64,000 nucleotides of DNA. It comes from Octopus sinensis. Taxonomy: Eukaryota. Where the stretch lies: assembly GCF_006345805.1 (NCBI RefSeq), contig NC_043022.1, positions 15,252,001 to 15,316,000 of the forward strand, read 5' to 3'. Position numbers and translations under genes: made by a program. The notes under the pieces are model-generated. The model was not told where the DNA came from. It saw only the letters and a program-made list of their open reading frames with translations, and did no database searches. Positions 50,843 to 63,587 of the stretch are shown in pieces. Each line of letters starts with the position of its first letter. Position 1 is the first letter of the stretch.

Positions 50843-53800
50843 TGGTATATGTGTGTGTGTGTGTGTGTATGTATGTGTGTGTGTGTATGTTTGTGTGTGT
50901 GTATGTATGTGTGAGTGTGTGTGTGTATGTGTGAGTGTGTGTGTGTGTATGTGTGTGTGTGCGTTTATGTGTGTGTGTGTCTTGTGTTTTGGGGAGGGTT
51001 ATTACGCCAATAATAATAAATGCATGCACTGCTTCACTATCACTTCTTTGTTACTAAATGCCTAACCAACTAACCAATCAATCGATTGTTTAATGAGCTG
51101 GTTAAAGAATCAATTGGTTGGTTGTTAGTCAAAGTCCTTTCATTGCTCTTCAGTAATATATATATGTCTGTATCTGCTGCTGCTACTATAAGCCGGTACA
51201 ATTTGCTGCATTTTTCAAGCTACCAGCAACTAAACTGGCAACACCACCAAGCTTTGTTGGTGAGTTGGATGGTTTTGGGGATGCCCTGAGGAATGGAAAA
51301 CAATGTTTGTGAAACAGTGGATGAACTCAGAACGTAAAGATGGACAAATCACTGCCAAGCATTTTGCCCAGCATGCAAACGACTCTACTGACTCGAGCAA
51401 TACGCCATCCATTAATATTGGTTTCAAATTTTGGCACCAAGCAAGCAATTTCAGTGAGGGATCAAAATGGGGTTCAACTGGTTTTTTTATTTTACCAACC
51501 CCCAAGTGAATGAAAGGCAAAGTCAACTTCGGGGGAATTTGAGCTCAGAACGTAAGGACAGATGAAACACGGCTATGCATATTTGCCAGTGTGCTAACAT
51601 TTCTACCGATTCACTGCTTTACAACATCTATTAATAAAGCGACGATGATCATTACCAGCGTCGCCTTACTGGCAGTTGGGCCCTGTGCTAGTAAGGTGCC
51701 AAGAGCACCATTCAAGCATGATCGTTGCCAGAGCAGCCAACTGGCTTCCGTGCCAGTGGCACGTAAAAGGGCACCATTCGAGCGTGATTGTTACCAGCGT
51801 CACCATACTGGCACCTGTGCCGGTGGCATGTGTAAAAGGATTCGAGCGAGGTCGTTGCCAGTACTGCCTGACTGGCCCCCGTGCCGGTGACACGTAAAAA
51901 GGACCCACTACACTCTTGGAGTGGTTGGCGTTAGGAAGGGCATCCAGCTGGAGAAACTCTGCCAAATCAAGATTGGAGTCTGGTGCAGCCATCTGGTTCG
52001 CCAGCCCTCAGTCAAAATCGTCCAACCTATGCTAGCATGGAAAGCAGATGTTAAACGATGATGATGATTAATATTACATGTCCATGCAAGTACATTCATC
52101 TCACCTGCAGGCATCAGTCAGCAACTTCAGAGCACAGATTAGTTAACTAATTATCTGTAATTATACTTTATAACCTCTGTCTCTCAATGAACGCATACAA
52201 GCTCAAGATAGAGGCTTGGTCTCCTCAAACCCTACTTCTGAAAAGCAGGCTGACCCAACTAATGTCATGTACCCACCAGTTATGGAGTAAATAATTTCCC
52301 CTCCCCTCCGCCTGAAATATGGGCTTGTCCAACAGTGAAGTTTACTTCAAAGAAGTAGCATTCCAACTTTAAACGATTTACCAGTCCCTGAGATAGCAGT
52401 AAGAGATTCTTGAGAGAGCTGAACCCCACCCATCCTCAGGAAAGTGCTTCAGCCTTTAACTTCTACCCCAGAAATAGAACGGAGAAGAGGCGCAAGCCAT
52501 TAAACCCTAAGGAGGATTCTCCAAACCTTATTCATTCTGACCTGAGACCATCCTTGGATTTAGTATACAAACTTCCTATTTCAAACCCTTTTTATCTCAA
52601 CACACCTAAGGCCATGTTGGGGTCGTCTATGATGCAAGTTTCCTGTTTGAAAGTAATTTCATCTTTAATCTATATTTCAAACACCAGCTTGATAATGACG
52701 AAATTATTTTCCAACAGAGATTAACACTTTTGATACTAACCTGCTGGGGACCACCCCTAATTCTAAGATACAAACTTCCTGTCTTAGATCTAAATTAAAA
52801 TCTTCCATCAAAATTCCAATTTGCAATCCAAATACCAGCTAATTAATAACAAAGTTATTCTTCTAAATTATTCGTTACTTTCAAAATTAACATAAAGTGG
52901 GTGTATTTTCAACAGAAATATGGCAACAGAAGGGTTAAAGTGATCGAAACTAAAACCTTCCATCCAAATTACATGCTAATTACATTATTAATAATTAGCT
53001 TAATAATGAGAAACAGCAGAAATATGATGAAAACATCTAAGGCAACAACAACAACAAAAGAAAAGAGCTGACAGAGGAATCAGAGAAGGATTCGCAGAGT
53101 TAGTAGTTGGGTTGGATTTCTACACAGCAAAAGACATCATCATCATCATCATCATTTAATGTCCATTTTCTATGTTGGCATGGGAGGGTTGGATGGTTTG
53201 ACAGGAGGTGGTCACCTGGAGAGCTGCACCAGGCTCCAGTTGTCTGTTTCGGTATGGTTTCTATGGCTGGATGCCCTTCCTTGTACTTACTTACTTACTT
53301 GTGGCGACATTCACCCTGGGCGAGTTGAGTCGGCTTCTTCTACCACCCTCGAGGCATCTCGAACCATGGCAGCCCACGCACGACGGTCCTGCACCAGTTC
53401 ACTGGAGATAGCAAGCCAGCCATGGTTCCATCGGTGCAGGCCGACCACCTGCGGTCCCATGAATTCTCAATGGATGCCCTTCCTAATGCCAACCACTTTA
53501 TGGAGTGTATGGGGTGGTGTTCTCCTTAGCGCCAGCACGAGTGCTTTCTACGCGACACGAGCTGGGGTGCTTTTTGCATGGTGCCAACACACATGTTCTT
53601 TTACATGAGGCCAGCATGCATGCTATTTCATGTGGCACCAGCACGGGTGCTTTCTACATGGCGCCATGAACACTGCAGTGCACTGTCACCATTCTGATGA
53701 GAGAAAGAATCCAGAGCATCAAGAACTCAGACATCAGAAGAAAGCAGATGAAACAAACCACTCAAGAAAAACAAATCATAAACATTAGAAAAAACACGAA

Positions 53801-53907
53801 AACACTACAAGGAAGAAGGCCAGCTCTTCTCCATTGCTGTGTGTGCCAAGATGGCAAGGATCCCAAGGATGAGGAGCAAGTGTGAAGAAAACATGTCAAG
53901 GGTTCAC

Positions 53908-54113
53908 TTTTATTCTTTTACTTGTTTCAGTCATTTGACTGCGGCCATGCTGGAGCACCGCCTTTAGTCGATAAATCGACCCCGGGACTTATTCGTTGTA
54001 AGCCCAGTGCTTATTCTATCGGTCTCTTTTTGCCGAACCGCTAAGTAACGGGGACATAAACACACCAGCATCGGTTGTCAAGCAATGCTAGGGGGACAAA
54101 GACAGAGACGCAA

Positions 54114-54152
<39 letters not shown>

Positions 54153-54310
54153 TACGACAGGCTTCTTTCAGTTTCCGTCTACCAAATCCACTCACAAGGC
54201 ATTGGTCAGCCCGAGGCTATAGTAGAAGACACTTGCCCAAGATGCCACGCAGTGGGACTGAACCCGGAACCATGTGGTTGGTTAGCAAGCTACTTACCAC
54301 ACAGCCACTC
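53908..54310 (-). mobile_element. SINE family A
   Basis: Full-length match. Confidence 0.88.
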
Positions 54311-54949
54311 TCACTTTTATTTACTATTTATTGTTTTGTCCTTTTTGTATTGTTTTCAATGACTTGGCCCCTTGGGTCCAATAAAAGAAATCATTGATAT
54401 CCCTAAGGAGGTGAACTGATTTGTTAGCATGCTGGGTAAAATGCTTAGCTGTATTTCGTCTGCCGTTATGTTCTGTGTTCAAACTCTGCCGAGGTCCACC
54501 TTGCCTTTTATCCTTTCAGGGTCGATAAATCAAGTACCAGTGAAACCCTGGGATCAGTATAGTTGACTTACTCCTCCCCTAAAATTGCTGGCCTTGTGCC
54601 AAAATTTGAAACCATTATTATTATTAACTCATCATCATCATCATCATCGTTTGGGTATCACATACGGGTACTTCTTGGTTACTCTCTCTTTGCTCTTTTA
54701 CTTGTTTCAGTCATTTGACTGTGGCCATGCTGGAGCACCACCTTAAAGGATGGAAGAAATTGACCTCAGGGTTTATTCTTTGCAAGCCCAGTACTTTTTC
54801 TATCAGTCATTTTTTGCTGAACTGCTAAGTAACTGAGCAATTAAGTACAAGACTCTAGGACCTAGTCGCATGATGAATTATTCATCAATTTATTCAAGTG
54901 TAGCTTCTTCCCAGTTAATAAAAATGCCACATACATACATACTCCAGAT

Positions 54950-55168
54950 CAGTGGTTTTCAACCAGGGTTCCGCGGAACCTTAGGGTTCCGCCAGTACAG
55001 TCCTGGGGTTCCGCAAGAAGTTACAAAAATGCTAAAATCGGCAATAATTTTTAATTCTCCTGTGCAGATATTTGTGCATAAGACTATTGAATTATTGCAC
55101 AGGGGTTCCTTGACCCAGTGGAATGTTTCCTTGGGGTTCTGCTCCAGCAAAAAGGATGAAAAGCACTG
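54950..55168. mobile_element. hAT-type MITE
   Basis: TIRs cagtggttttca / tgaaaagcactg; exact 8-bp target duplication ctccagat (54942-54949, 55169-55176). Confidence 0.85.
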
Positions 55169-55607
55169 CTCCAGATTATGCATTGAGTTCTATATATCTT
55201 GTTGGCAAAGCCAAACTTATGCATGTATGTGCATACGTGCGTTAGAAGAATGTATAAAATGTAGATAATGTGTTTGTTCAAACACCCCCGTCAGCAAGAG
55301 ACACCCTGGATTCTTTGGGGAGGGGGGTAGAAACGGGTGGCAAGAGGTGGAGGGGGTGGATGATGTGGATAAAAAAAAACAAGATGGAGACCAAGAAAGA
55401 AAAAAAAAACAGAGAAAGACAGTATGGAAGGACAAAAGGAACAAAATGGTTTTAGTGTGGGTGGAAGACTGAGGCGATGTTGACTGCGAATGAAGAGTAG
55501 TAGCAGTAGTAGCAGTGGCAGCAGTAGCAGCTGTATGACGTTGGTTCATTGCATATTGATATATCGATTGCACACATAAACACACAGATTGATTGACTTA
55601 TGTGGAT

Positions 55608-57268
55608 GTGTGTATACATGTTTGTGTGAGAGAGTGTGTATACATGTATGAGAGAAGGTGTATACATGTATGTGTGAGAAGGGATGTATACATGTATGTG
55701 TGAGTGTGTATACATGTATGTGTGAGAGGTCGTGTATACATGTATGTGTGAGAGTGTGTGTATACATGTATGTGTGAGAGAGTGTGTATACATGTATGTG
55801 TGAGAGAGTGTGTATACATGTATGTGTGAGAGTGTGTGTATACATGTATGTGTGAGTGTGTATACATGTATGTGTGAGAGGTCGTGTATACATGTATGTG
55901 TGAGTGTGTATACATGTATGTGTGAGAGAGTGTGTATACATGTATGTGTGAGAGAATGTGTATACATGTATGTGTGAGAGAGTGTGTATACATGTATGTG
56001 TGAGAGGTCGTGTATACATGTATGTGTGAGAGAGTGTGTATACATGTATGTGTGAGAGAGTGTGTATACATGTATGTGTGAGAGAGTGTGTATACATGTA
56101 TGAGAGGAGGTGTATACATGTATGTGTGAGTGTGTATACATGTATGTGTGAGAGAGTGTGTATACATGTATGTGTGAGAGTGTGTGTATACATGTATGTG
56201 TGAGAGAGTGTGTATACATGTATGTGTGAGAGAGTGTGTATGCATGTATGTGTGAGAGGGGGTGTATACATGTATGTGTGAGAGAGGTGTGTATACATGT
56301 ATGTGTGAGAGAGTGTGTATACTGTATGTGTGAGAGAGTGTGTATACATGTATGTGTGAGAGAGTGTGTATACATGTATGTGTGAGAGAGTGTGTATACA
56401 TGTATGTGTGAGAGAGTGTGTATACATGTATGTGTGAGAGGGGGTGTATACATGTATGTGTGAGAGAGTGTGTATACATGTATGTGTGAGAGAGTGTGTA
56501 TACATGTATGTGTGAGAGAGTGTGTATACATGTATGTGTGAGAGAGTGTGTATACATGTATGTGTGAGAGAGTGTGTATACATGTATGTGTGAGAGAGTG
56601 TGTATACATGTATGTGTGAGAGAGTGTGTATACATGTATGTGTGAGAGAGTGTGTATACATGTATGTGTGAGAGAGTGTTGTATACATGTATGTGTGAGA
56701 GAGTGTGTATACATGTATGTGTGAGAGGGGGTGTATACATGTATGTGTGAGAGAGTGTGTATACATGTATGTGTGAGAGAGTGTGTATACATATGTGTGA
56801 GAGAGTGTGTATACACGTATGGTGAGAGAGTGTGTATACTGTATGTGTGAGAGAGTGTGTATACATGTATGTGTGAGAGAATGTGTATACATGTATGTGT
56901 GAGAGAGTGTGTATACATGTATGCGTGAGAGAGTGTGTATGCATGTATGTGTGAGAGGGGGTGTATACATGTGTGAGAGGGTGTGTATACATGTATGAGT
57001 GAGAGAGTGTGTATACATGTATGAGAGAAGGTGTATACATGTATGTGTGAGAGAGTGTGTATACATGTGTGAGAGGGGGTGTATACATGTATGTGTGAGA
57101 GGGGGTGTATACATGTATGTGTGAGAGAATGTGTATACATGTATGTGTGAGAGAGTGTGTATACATGTATGTGTGAGAGAGTGTGTATACATGTATGTGT
57201 GAGAGAGTGTGTATACATGTATGTGTGAGAGAGTGTGTATACATGTGTAAGAGGGGGTGTATACATGT
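55608..57268. repeat. Minisatellite, 26-bp unit tgtatacatgtatgtgtgagagagtg, roughly 60-65 copies
   Basis: Direct periodicity, e.g. units starting at 56341 and 56367. Confidence 0.97.
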
Positions 57269-57321
57269 GAACACATGATTCTCAAAACATGCACATTTAT
57301 GAGTGCACGTGATTTTTATTT

Positions 57322-57486
57322 ATAGGAGCAGGTGTGGCTGTGTGGTAAGAGGGTTGCTTCTCAACCACATGGTTCCAGGTTCAGTCTCACTACGTGGCAC
57401 CTTGGGCAAGTGTCTTCTGCTACAGCACTGAGTGACCGAAAGCCTTGTGAGTGGATTTGGTAGATGGAAACTGAAAGAAGCCTGTC

Positions 57487-57536
<50 letters not shown>

Positions 57537-57788
57537 GACATATATATATATATATGTATGTATATGTTCATGTGTGTTTTATGTTTGTACCACCACCACC
57601 CAGCATCGCTTGACAACCAATGTTGGTGTGTTTACGTTCCCGTAACTTAGCAGTTCAGCAAAAAATGACTGATAGAAAAAGTACTGGGCTTGCACAAAGA
57701 ATAAACCCTGAGGTCAATTTCTTCCATCTTTTAAGGTGGTGCTCCAGCATGGCCACAGTCAAATGACTGAAACGAGTACAAGAGTAAA
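57322..57788 (+). mobile_element. SINE family A
   Basis: Match to other copies. Confidence 0.85.
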
Positions 57789-57847
57789 GGGAGGGTAACC
57801 AAAAAGCACCCGTATGTGATACCCATAACAACACACATGTACACACA

Positions 57848-57895
57848 TAACCCTAACCCTAAAACTAAACCTAACCCCTAACTTAAACCCTAAAC
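57848..57895 (-). repeat. Short degenerate (TTAGGG)n interstitial telomere-like tract
   Basis: taaccctaaccctaaaactaaacctaacccctaacttaaaccctaaac. Confidence 0.6.
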
Positions 57896-58639
57896 ACCAG
57901 GTGTGCGTATTCTTTACCTTCGCCCACACATACACACGCAATGTGGTAATAGGGTGTGATCACTCGACTTGCCAGAAATAGCAGCTAAATGTCCCTCATA
58001 CTATCAACCAAGACAACACGGACCAACACACACGACGTGGTAACGAGAGAGCCACTCCGTGGTCACTTGACTTACTAGAAATAGCTGCTAAATCTTCCTC
58101 AAATCATGCAATAACCCACATTCGCCAAGGCAACAGAGAACGACACACAATGTGGCAATGTGAGAGCCGCTATATGGTCACTCGACTTGCTAGAAATAGC
58201 AGTTAAACTTCATGTTATGCACAAGTCAAGACAACACAGAACAACATACACACACACACAAACTGTAGCTCAAGAGAGCCATTATGTGGTCACTCGAGTT
58301 AGCAGAAATAGCAGCTAAATCTTCCTCATATCACACAAGTATATACACGTTGCGGCAACATATAAATACAATCACACACACACATGTGAGTCTAGAGAGC
58401 CATTATGTAATTGCTCGACTTACCAGAAATAGCAGCTAAATCTCCCTCAAATCGCACAAGAACACACCAAAGCAACCTAAAGTAAAAACACAGGCCACAC
58501 CATGGGAACTCAATTATGCAGATCAAGAGGCGATTGATAACAATTACAGCGGAGTAAATACTAATTACACTAATTAGAGAGAGAAAGAGGTGTGTGTGTG
58601 TGTGTGTGTGTGTGGACAGAAACACAAACAAAAGCAACA

Positions 58640-58880
58640 AAACGAAATAAAATAAATATCAACGTGTGTCTTTATTTAACTCTTACATTAACGATCTTAA
58701 TTATTTAAGACACACACTGGTCTTCACACACGCACTGACTCGTGTATCGGACAGCAAGGGTGGCGAAGGGGTGGGCATCGAAGTGAGATGGGATCGTAAT
58801 GATCGGTTCTTCTTCAATAAACCGTTACCATAGAAACTGTCATAGTGCAGTAAGAACCAAGTGCAGTAACGGTATTAGAG
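58640..58880 (-). promoter_or_regulatory. Candidate aPKC promoter / non-coding first exon
   Basis: Unique CpG-enriched patch; AAT|gtaaga donor (exon end 58687); X-box-like GTTACCATAGAAAC at 58824-58837. Confidence 0.35.
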
Positions 58881-58906
58881 CATAACACTATATACATACA
58901 CACACA

Positions 58907-58949
<43 letters not shown>

Positions 58950-59035
58950 GTGTATATATGTATATATACAGGATATTTAGTTTAATAGGTTATCAAGTAT
59001 ATATATATATGCCTGTATGTGTGTGTGTGTATATA

Positions 59036-59251
59036 TACTCTTTAACTTGACTGCGGCCATGCTGGAGCACCGCCTTTAATCGAGCAACTCGACCCCAGGA
59101 CTTATTCTTTGTAAGCCCAGGACTTATTCCATCGGTCTCTTTTGCTGAACTGCTAAGTGACGGGGACATAAACACACCAGCATCGGTTGTCAAGCAATGC
59201 TAGGGGGACAAACACAGACACACAAACATATACACACACACACACACACAC

Positions 59252-59290
<39 letters not shown>

Positions 59291-59457
59291 TACGACAGGC
59301 TTCTTTCAGTTTCCGTCTACCAAATCCACTCACAAGGCTTTGGTCGGCCCGAGGCTATAGTAGAAGACACTTGCCCAAGGTGCCACGCAGTGGCACTGAA
59401 CCCGGAACCATGTGGTTGGTAGACAAGCTACTTACCACACAGCTACTCCTGCGCCTA
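59036..59457 (-). mobile_element. SINE family A
   Basis: Full-length match. Confidence 0.88.
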
Positions 59458-59970
59458 TATACACATATATATGAAAATACATACATACACATACAAAGGT
59501 ACTATAAGAAAGAAAGCTGTAATGACTTAATTTTGTTGTGTATATATGTATGTATATACCGTAATCCCTCGACCATCGCGGGTATTACGTTCCAACACCA
59601 ACCGCGATAGGTAAAAAATCTGCGAAGTAGAAACAGTATTTTTACTCTTTTACTTGTTTCAGTCATTTGGCTGCGGCCATGCTGGAACACCGCCTTTAGT
59701 TGAGCAAATCGACCCCGGGACTTATTCTTTGTAAGCCTAGTACTTATTCTATCGGTCTCGTTTGCCGAACCGCTAAGTTACGGTGACGTAAACACATCAG
59801 CATCGGTTGTCAAGCAATGTTGGGGGGATAAACACAGACACACAGATATATGCCGAAATTGCGAGGATGATCCGGTTCTTGACTGAAGATTGAAGGCTTC
59901 AAATGTCCCGTCCGTGTTTTTTGTATCGTCTTCTAAATGTTTTGCGTTCTTGTCCCAGTTTGTATGTTTT

Positions 59971-60002
<32 letters not shown>

Positions 60003-60091
60003 ATATATATATGTATGTAGGTCCCGGGTTGAGTCGGGGTTAACCACAGTAAATAAGGTACTCAATACATAACAGAGTAAAGTAATTTATT

Positions 60092-60156
60092 TTATAGAAG
60101 GAGCTTCTACAGGACTAGAACTGTTTCATTCAGATGAAATCTTCAGGAAGCTCCTT

Positions 60157-60162
<6 letters not shown>
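60092..60162 (-). ncRNA. Type I hammerhead ribozyme motif
   Basis: Minus RNA: 16-bp stem I, CUGAAGA, stem II UUC/GAA with AUCU loop, GAAA, stem III ACAG/CUGU, GUA triplet. Confidence 0.75.
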
Positions 60163-60193
<31 letters not shown>

Positions 60194-60593
60194 GACGGGC
60201 TTCTTTCAGTTTCCGTCTAACAAATCCACTCACAAGGCTTTGGTCGGCCTGAGTCTATAGTAGAAGACACTTGCCCAAGGTGTCACACAGTGGGACTGAA
60301 CCCAGAACTGACTGAAGAGTCAATCTATACTTTGTAGACAGTGACTTCAAAGTGACATCCTTCAAGCCTTTAAAGCCATTGTTACTTGTGTTCTTGTAAA
60401 AGTTTAATAAATCCTCATCATTATGATTCCACATCCATTTTTCCACGCTTGAATGGATCAGATGGAATGTGTTACAGCAGGTTTTTCTATAGCGGGATGC
60501 CCTTCCTGTCACCAATCTTCCCCAGTTTCCCAGCAACGTAATATTTCTCATCCATGGCCTATCCCAAAAAATAAAACCAAAATATGTAATATA

Positions 60594-60993
60594 CTAGCAG
60601 TATCGCCCGACGTTGCTCGGGTTTGTAAGGGAAATAACTATATAAGCATTTTTAGAGATGTAAAGTATAATAGCCATCTCAATATGGCTAACCACAAAGG
60701 GGAGGTGTTACAGTAGCTTTTTACGTTCTGAGATTTAATAATACATTTTTAGAGAGTTACTTCCCTTATATAATAGCGAAAAAATGCATTAAAAATGGGA
60801 AAAATTGATGGTAAATTTTTTTTTTAAATCGTAGACTCATCGTAGATGCACGCTAATACCCAGAAGGGCTTGATATGAATCACGACTATAAGATACCTGG
60901 TTTTGGTTAAACTGCACCGCAAAATGTGGGAGTAGTTAGGAATCTAAATCGTAGGAGACAGACAGCACACAACCTCACTTTTATATATAAAGA
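60594..60993 (-). mobile_element. Non-autonomous Helitron-like element
   Basis: TC...hairpin-CTAG termini, A|T target; interior shared with the 37531 copy. Confidence 0.75.
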
Positions 60994-61514
60994 TAAGCCA
61001 TCTTTTATTCTCAGTCTGAAGTGAAGGCATTTATTTCTCAATGGCCCAAGTAGATGCAGCCATAAATTGGCATGAAAAGTAGTCACAGACGAATTACAAG
61101 GACCGAGGAAGTTGCAACAGAATCAATGAATGCTTTGTTCACTTACACATCCCAGTTCCGCTGCTTCTCTCTCAAGTGCAGCTTGAAAACACAAAAATAA
61201 GCTAAAAGGATGGGCTCTCTCACAAGCTAGAGTGTCCTAAATATTACATTATATAAACACAGACTACTTTCAGCGATCATGTTCCAAATCACAAGAACTT
61301 GTTACCATATTGATTTCTTCTTCCCCTTTTTGATAAAAGACCAACAGAGTAACACAGCACAAAATCTATGAAGTTTCCTCTTTCAACACCAATGAAAATT
61401 GAAAGAAAATGAGAAGTGTATATTATATGTATATATAAAATTGTGTCTAGGGAGGGTCATTCTCTTTTAATGCCTTATTACTTAACACACTCACCGGTTC
61501 AGTTGCCACTCTCT

Positions 61515-61911
61515 TTTTACTCTTTTACTTGTTTCAGTCATTTGACTGCGGCCATGCTGGAGCACCGCCTTTAATCGAGCAACTCGACCCCAGGACTTAT
61601 TCTTTTGTAAGCCCAGTACTTATTCTATCAGTCTCTTTTGCCGAACCGCTATGTTATGGGGACATAAACACACCAGCATCGGTTGTCAAGCAATGCTAGG
61701 GGGACAAACACAGACACACAAACACGCATATATATATACATATATATGACGGGCTTCTTTCAGTTTCCGTCTACCAAATCCACTCACAAAGCTTTGGTTG
61801 GCCCGAGGCTATAGTAGAAGACACTTGCCCAAGATGCCACGCAGTGGGACAGAACCCGGAACCATGTGGTTGGTAAGCAAGCTACTTACCACACAGCCAC
61901 TCCTGCACCTA
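61515..61911 (-). mobile_element. SINE family A
   Basis: Full-length match. Confidence 0.88.
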
Positions 61912-63554
61912 TACTCGTTTACTTATTTTTTCTAAAATTTTTGTTGTGTCTTGCAACTTCTTCAATATTTGTTATATCACACACACACACTTTCAGCATT
62001 ATCATTTAATGTCTGTTTTTTATGCTGGCATGGGTTGGACAGCCTGACAGGATCTGGCAAGGCCAGGGGCCATACCAAGGTCCATAGTCTGTTCTTGGTC
62101 TGGTTTCTATAGCTGGAAACCCTTCCTAACACCAACCATTCCACAAAGTGTACTGTGTGATTTTTACATGACACTGCAGTTTCAGGATCTCAATTCTGTA
62201 GTGGTGGGCAGGTCTTCCTGAGACACAGCAATGTGCCACATATCACAGTCCTCTGTCATCTCCTTTGTAAAGCTCAACATTTTAAGATCGGCCCTTCAAT
62301 GCTTCCTCCTGGGTCTTCTTGGGTCTCCCTCTTCCACAAGTTCCCTCCACCTCCTTATGCAACTGTGCTCATCCATTCGCATCAGACAACCAAATCAGAA
62401 CAGTCTTCTCTCTTGCACCATCCACAGAATTCCTCTTATGCCCAGCGTCTCCCTCAATACACCAGCGCTCTTCCACACAGACACACTGACATTGCACATC
62501 CAGCAGACCATACCACCAGCTTCAATCCACTCCAGCCTTCACATGTCCTATATACATACATATACACCTTCTACTATGTATATAGTTAGCTGAAATGTTC
62601 CGTACACTTGACACATAAAAATGTAATAGTATATCTTCCTTTCTATCTCTAACGAGATTCTACTTTACAACGATTTACTTATTTCAATTAAAATCTTTAA
62701 AGTCTGAATCAAAACAGCTGTCAGGGATTATGTCTATTTTTGCAATTAATAAATATAATTACTCTCTATTGATTACTCTATTTTCTTATATAGCTCTGTC
62801 TGGCACCAGTGCGGGTGGCACGTAAAAAGCACCCACTACACTCACGGAGTGGTTGGCGTTAGGAAGGGCATCCAGCCGTAGAAACACTGCCAGATTTGAC
62901 TGGGCCTGATGAAGCCTTCTGGCTTCACAGACCCCAGTAGAACCGTCCAACCCATGCTAGCATGGAAAACGGACGCTAAATGATGATGATGATGATGATG
63001 ATATAGTAGAAATATGTTACAAAAAGAAAATATAAAATATATATATACATGCATACATATATATATATCATCATCAGTTAACATCCATTGTTCATGCTGG
63101 TGGCATGGGTTGGACAGCTTGACCATGGCTGGTAAGCTGGAAGGCTGCACCAGACACCAGTCTGTTTTGGCATTGTTTCCAAAGCTGGATGCCCTTCCTA
63201 ATACCAAGCACTCTGAGAGTGCAATGGCTGCTAAATGTATACGCACCCTTACTATACAGTAATCCCTCGACTATCGGGGGATTCCAAAACCCCGACGTGG
63301 TAGGTGAAAATCTATGAAGTAGAAACAGTACATACAATGCCATTTTCATGTTGGTACCTTGGGCAAGTGACCCCTTTTATAACCCCAGGATAACCAAAGC
63401 ATTGTAAGCACATTTTGCAGCCAAAGAAACTGAAAGAAGCCTGTCACGTGTGTGTGTGTGTCTTGACATTGTATATATATATATATATAATAATTTAATA
63501 AATAAAATATATGCATACATACATACATGTATGTACCTACATCTACATGTATAT

Positions 63555-63587
<33 letters not shown>

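Noticed and set aside
55440-55550. MNQRHTAATAATATTATTLHSQ ORF as an upstream coding exon
   Set aside because: No convincing donor; largely trinucleotide repeat.
55452-57294. 604, 582 and 558 aa His/Thr-rich ORFs
   Set aside because: All three frames are open only because the 26-bp repeat lacks stops; no splice or domain evidence.
57950-58460. CRISPR-like repeat-spacer appearance
   Set aside because: Eukaryotic context, repeats degenerate and too long, irregular spacers, no cas genes.
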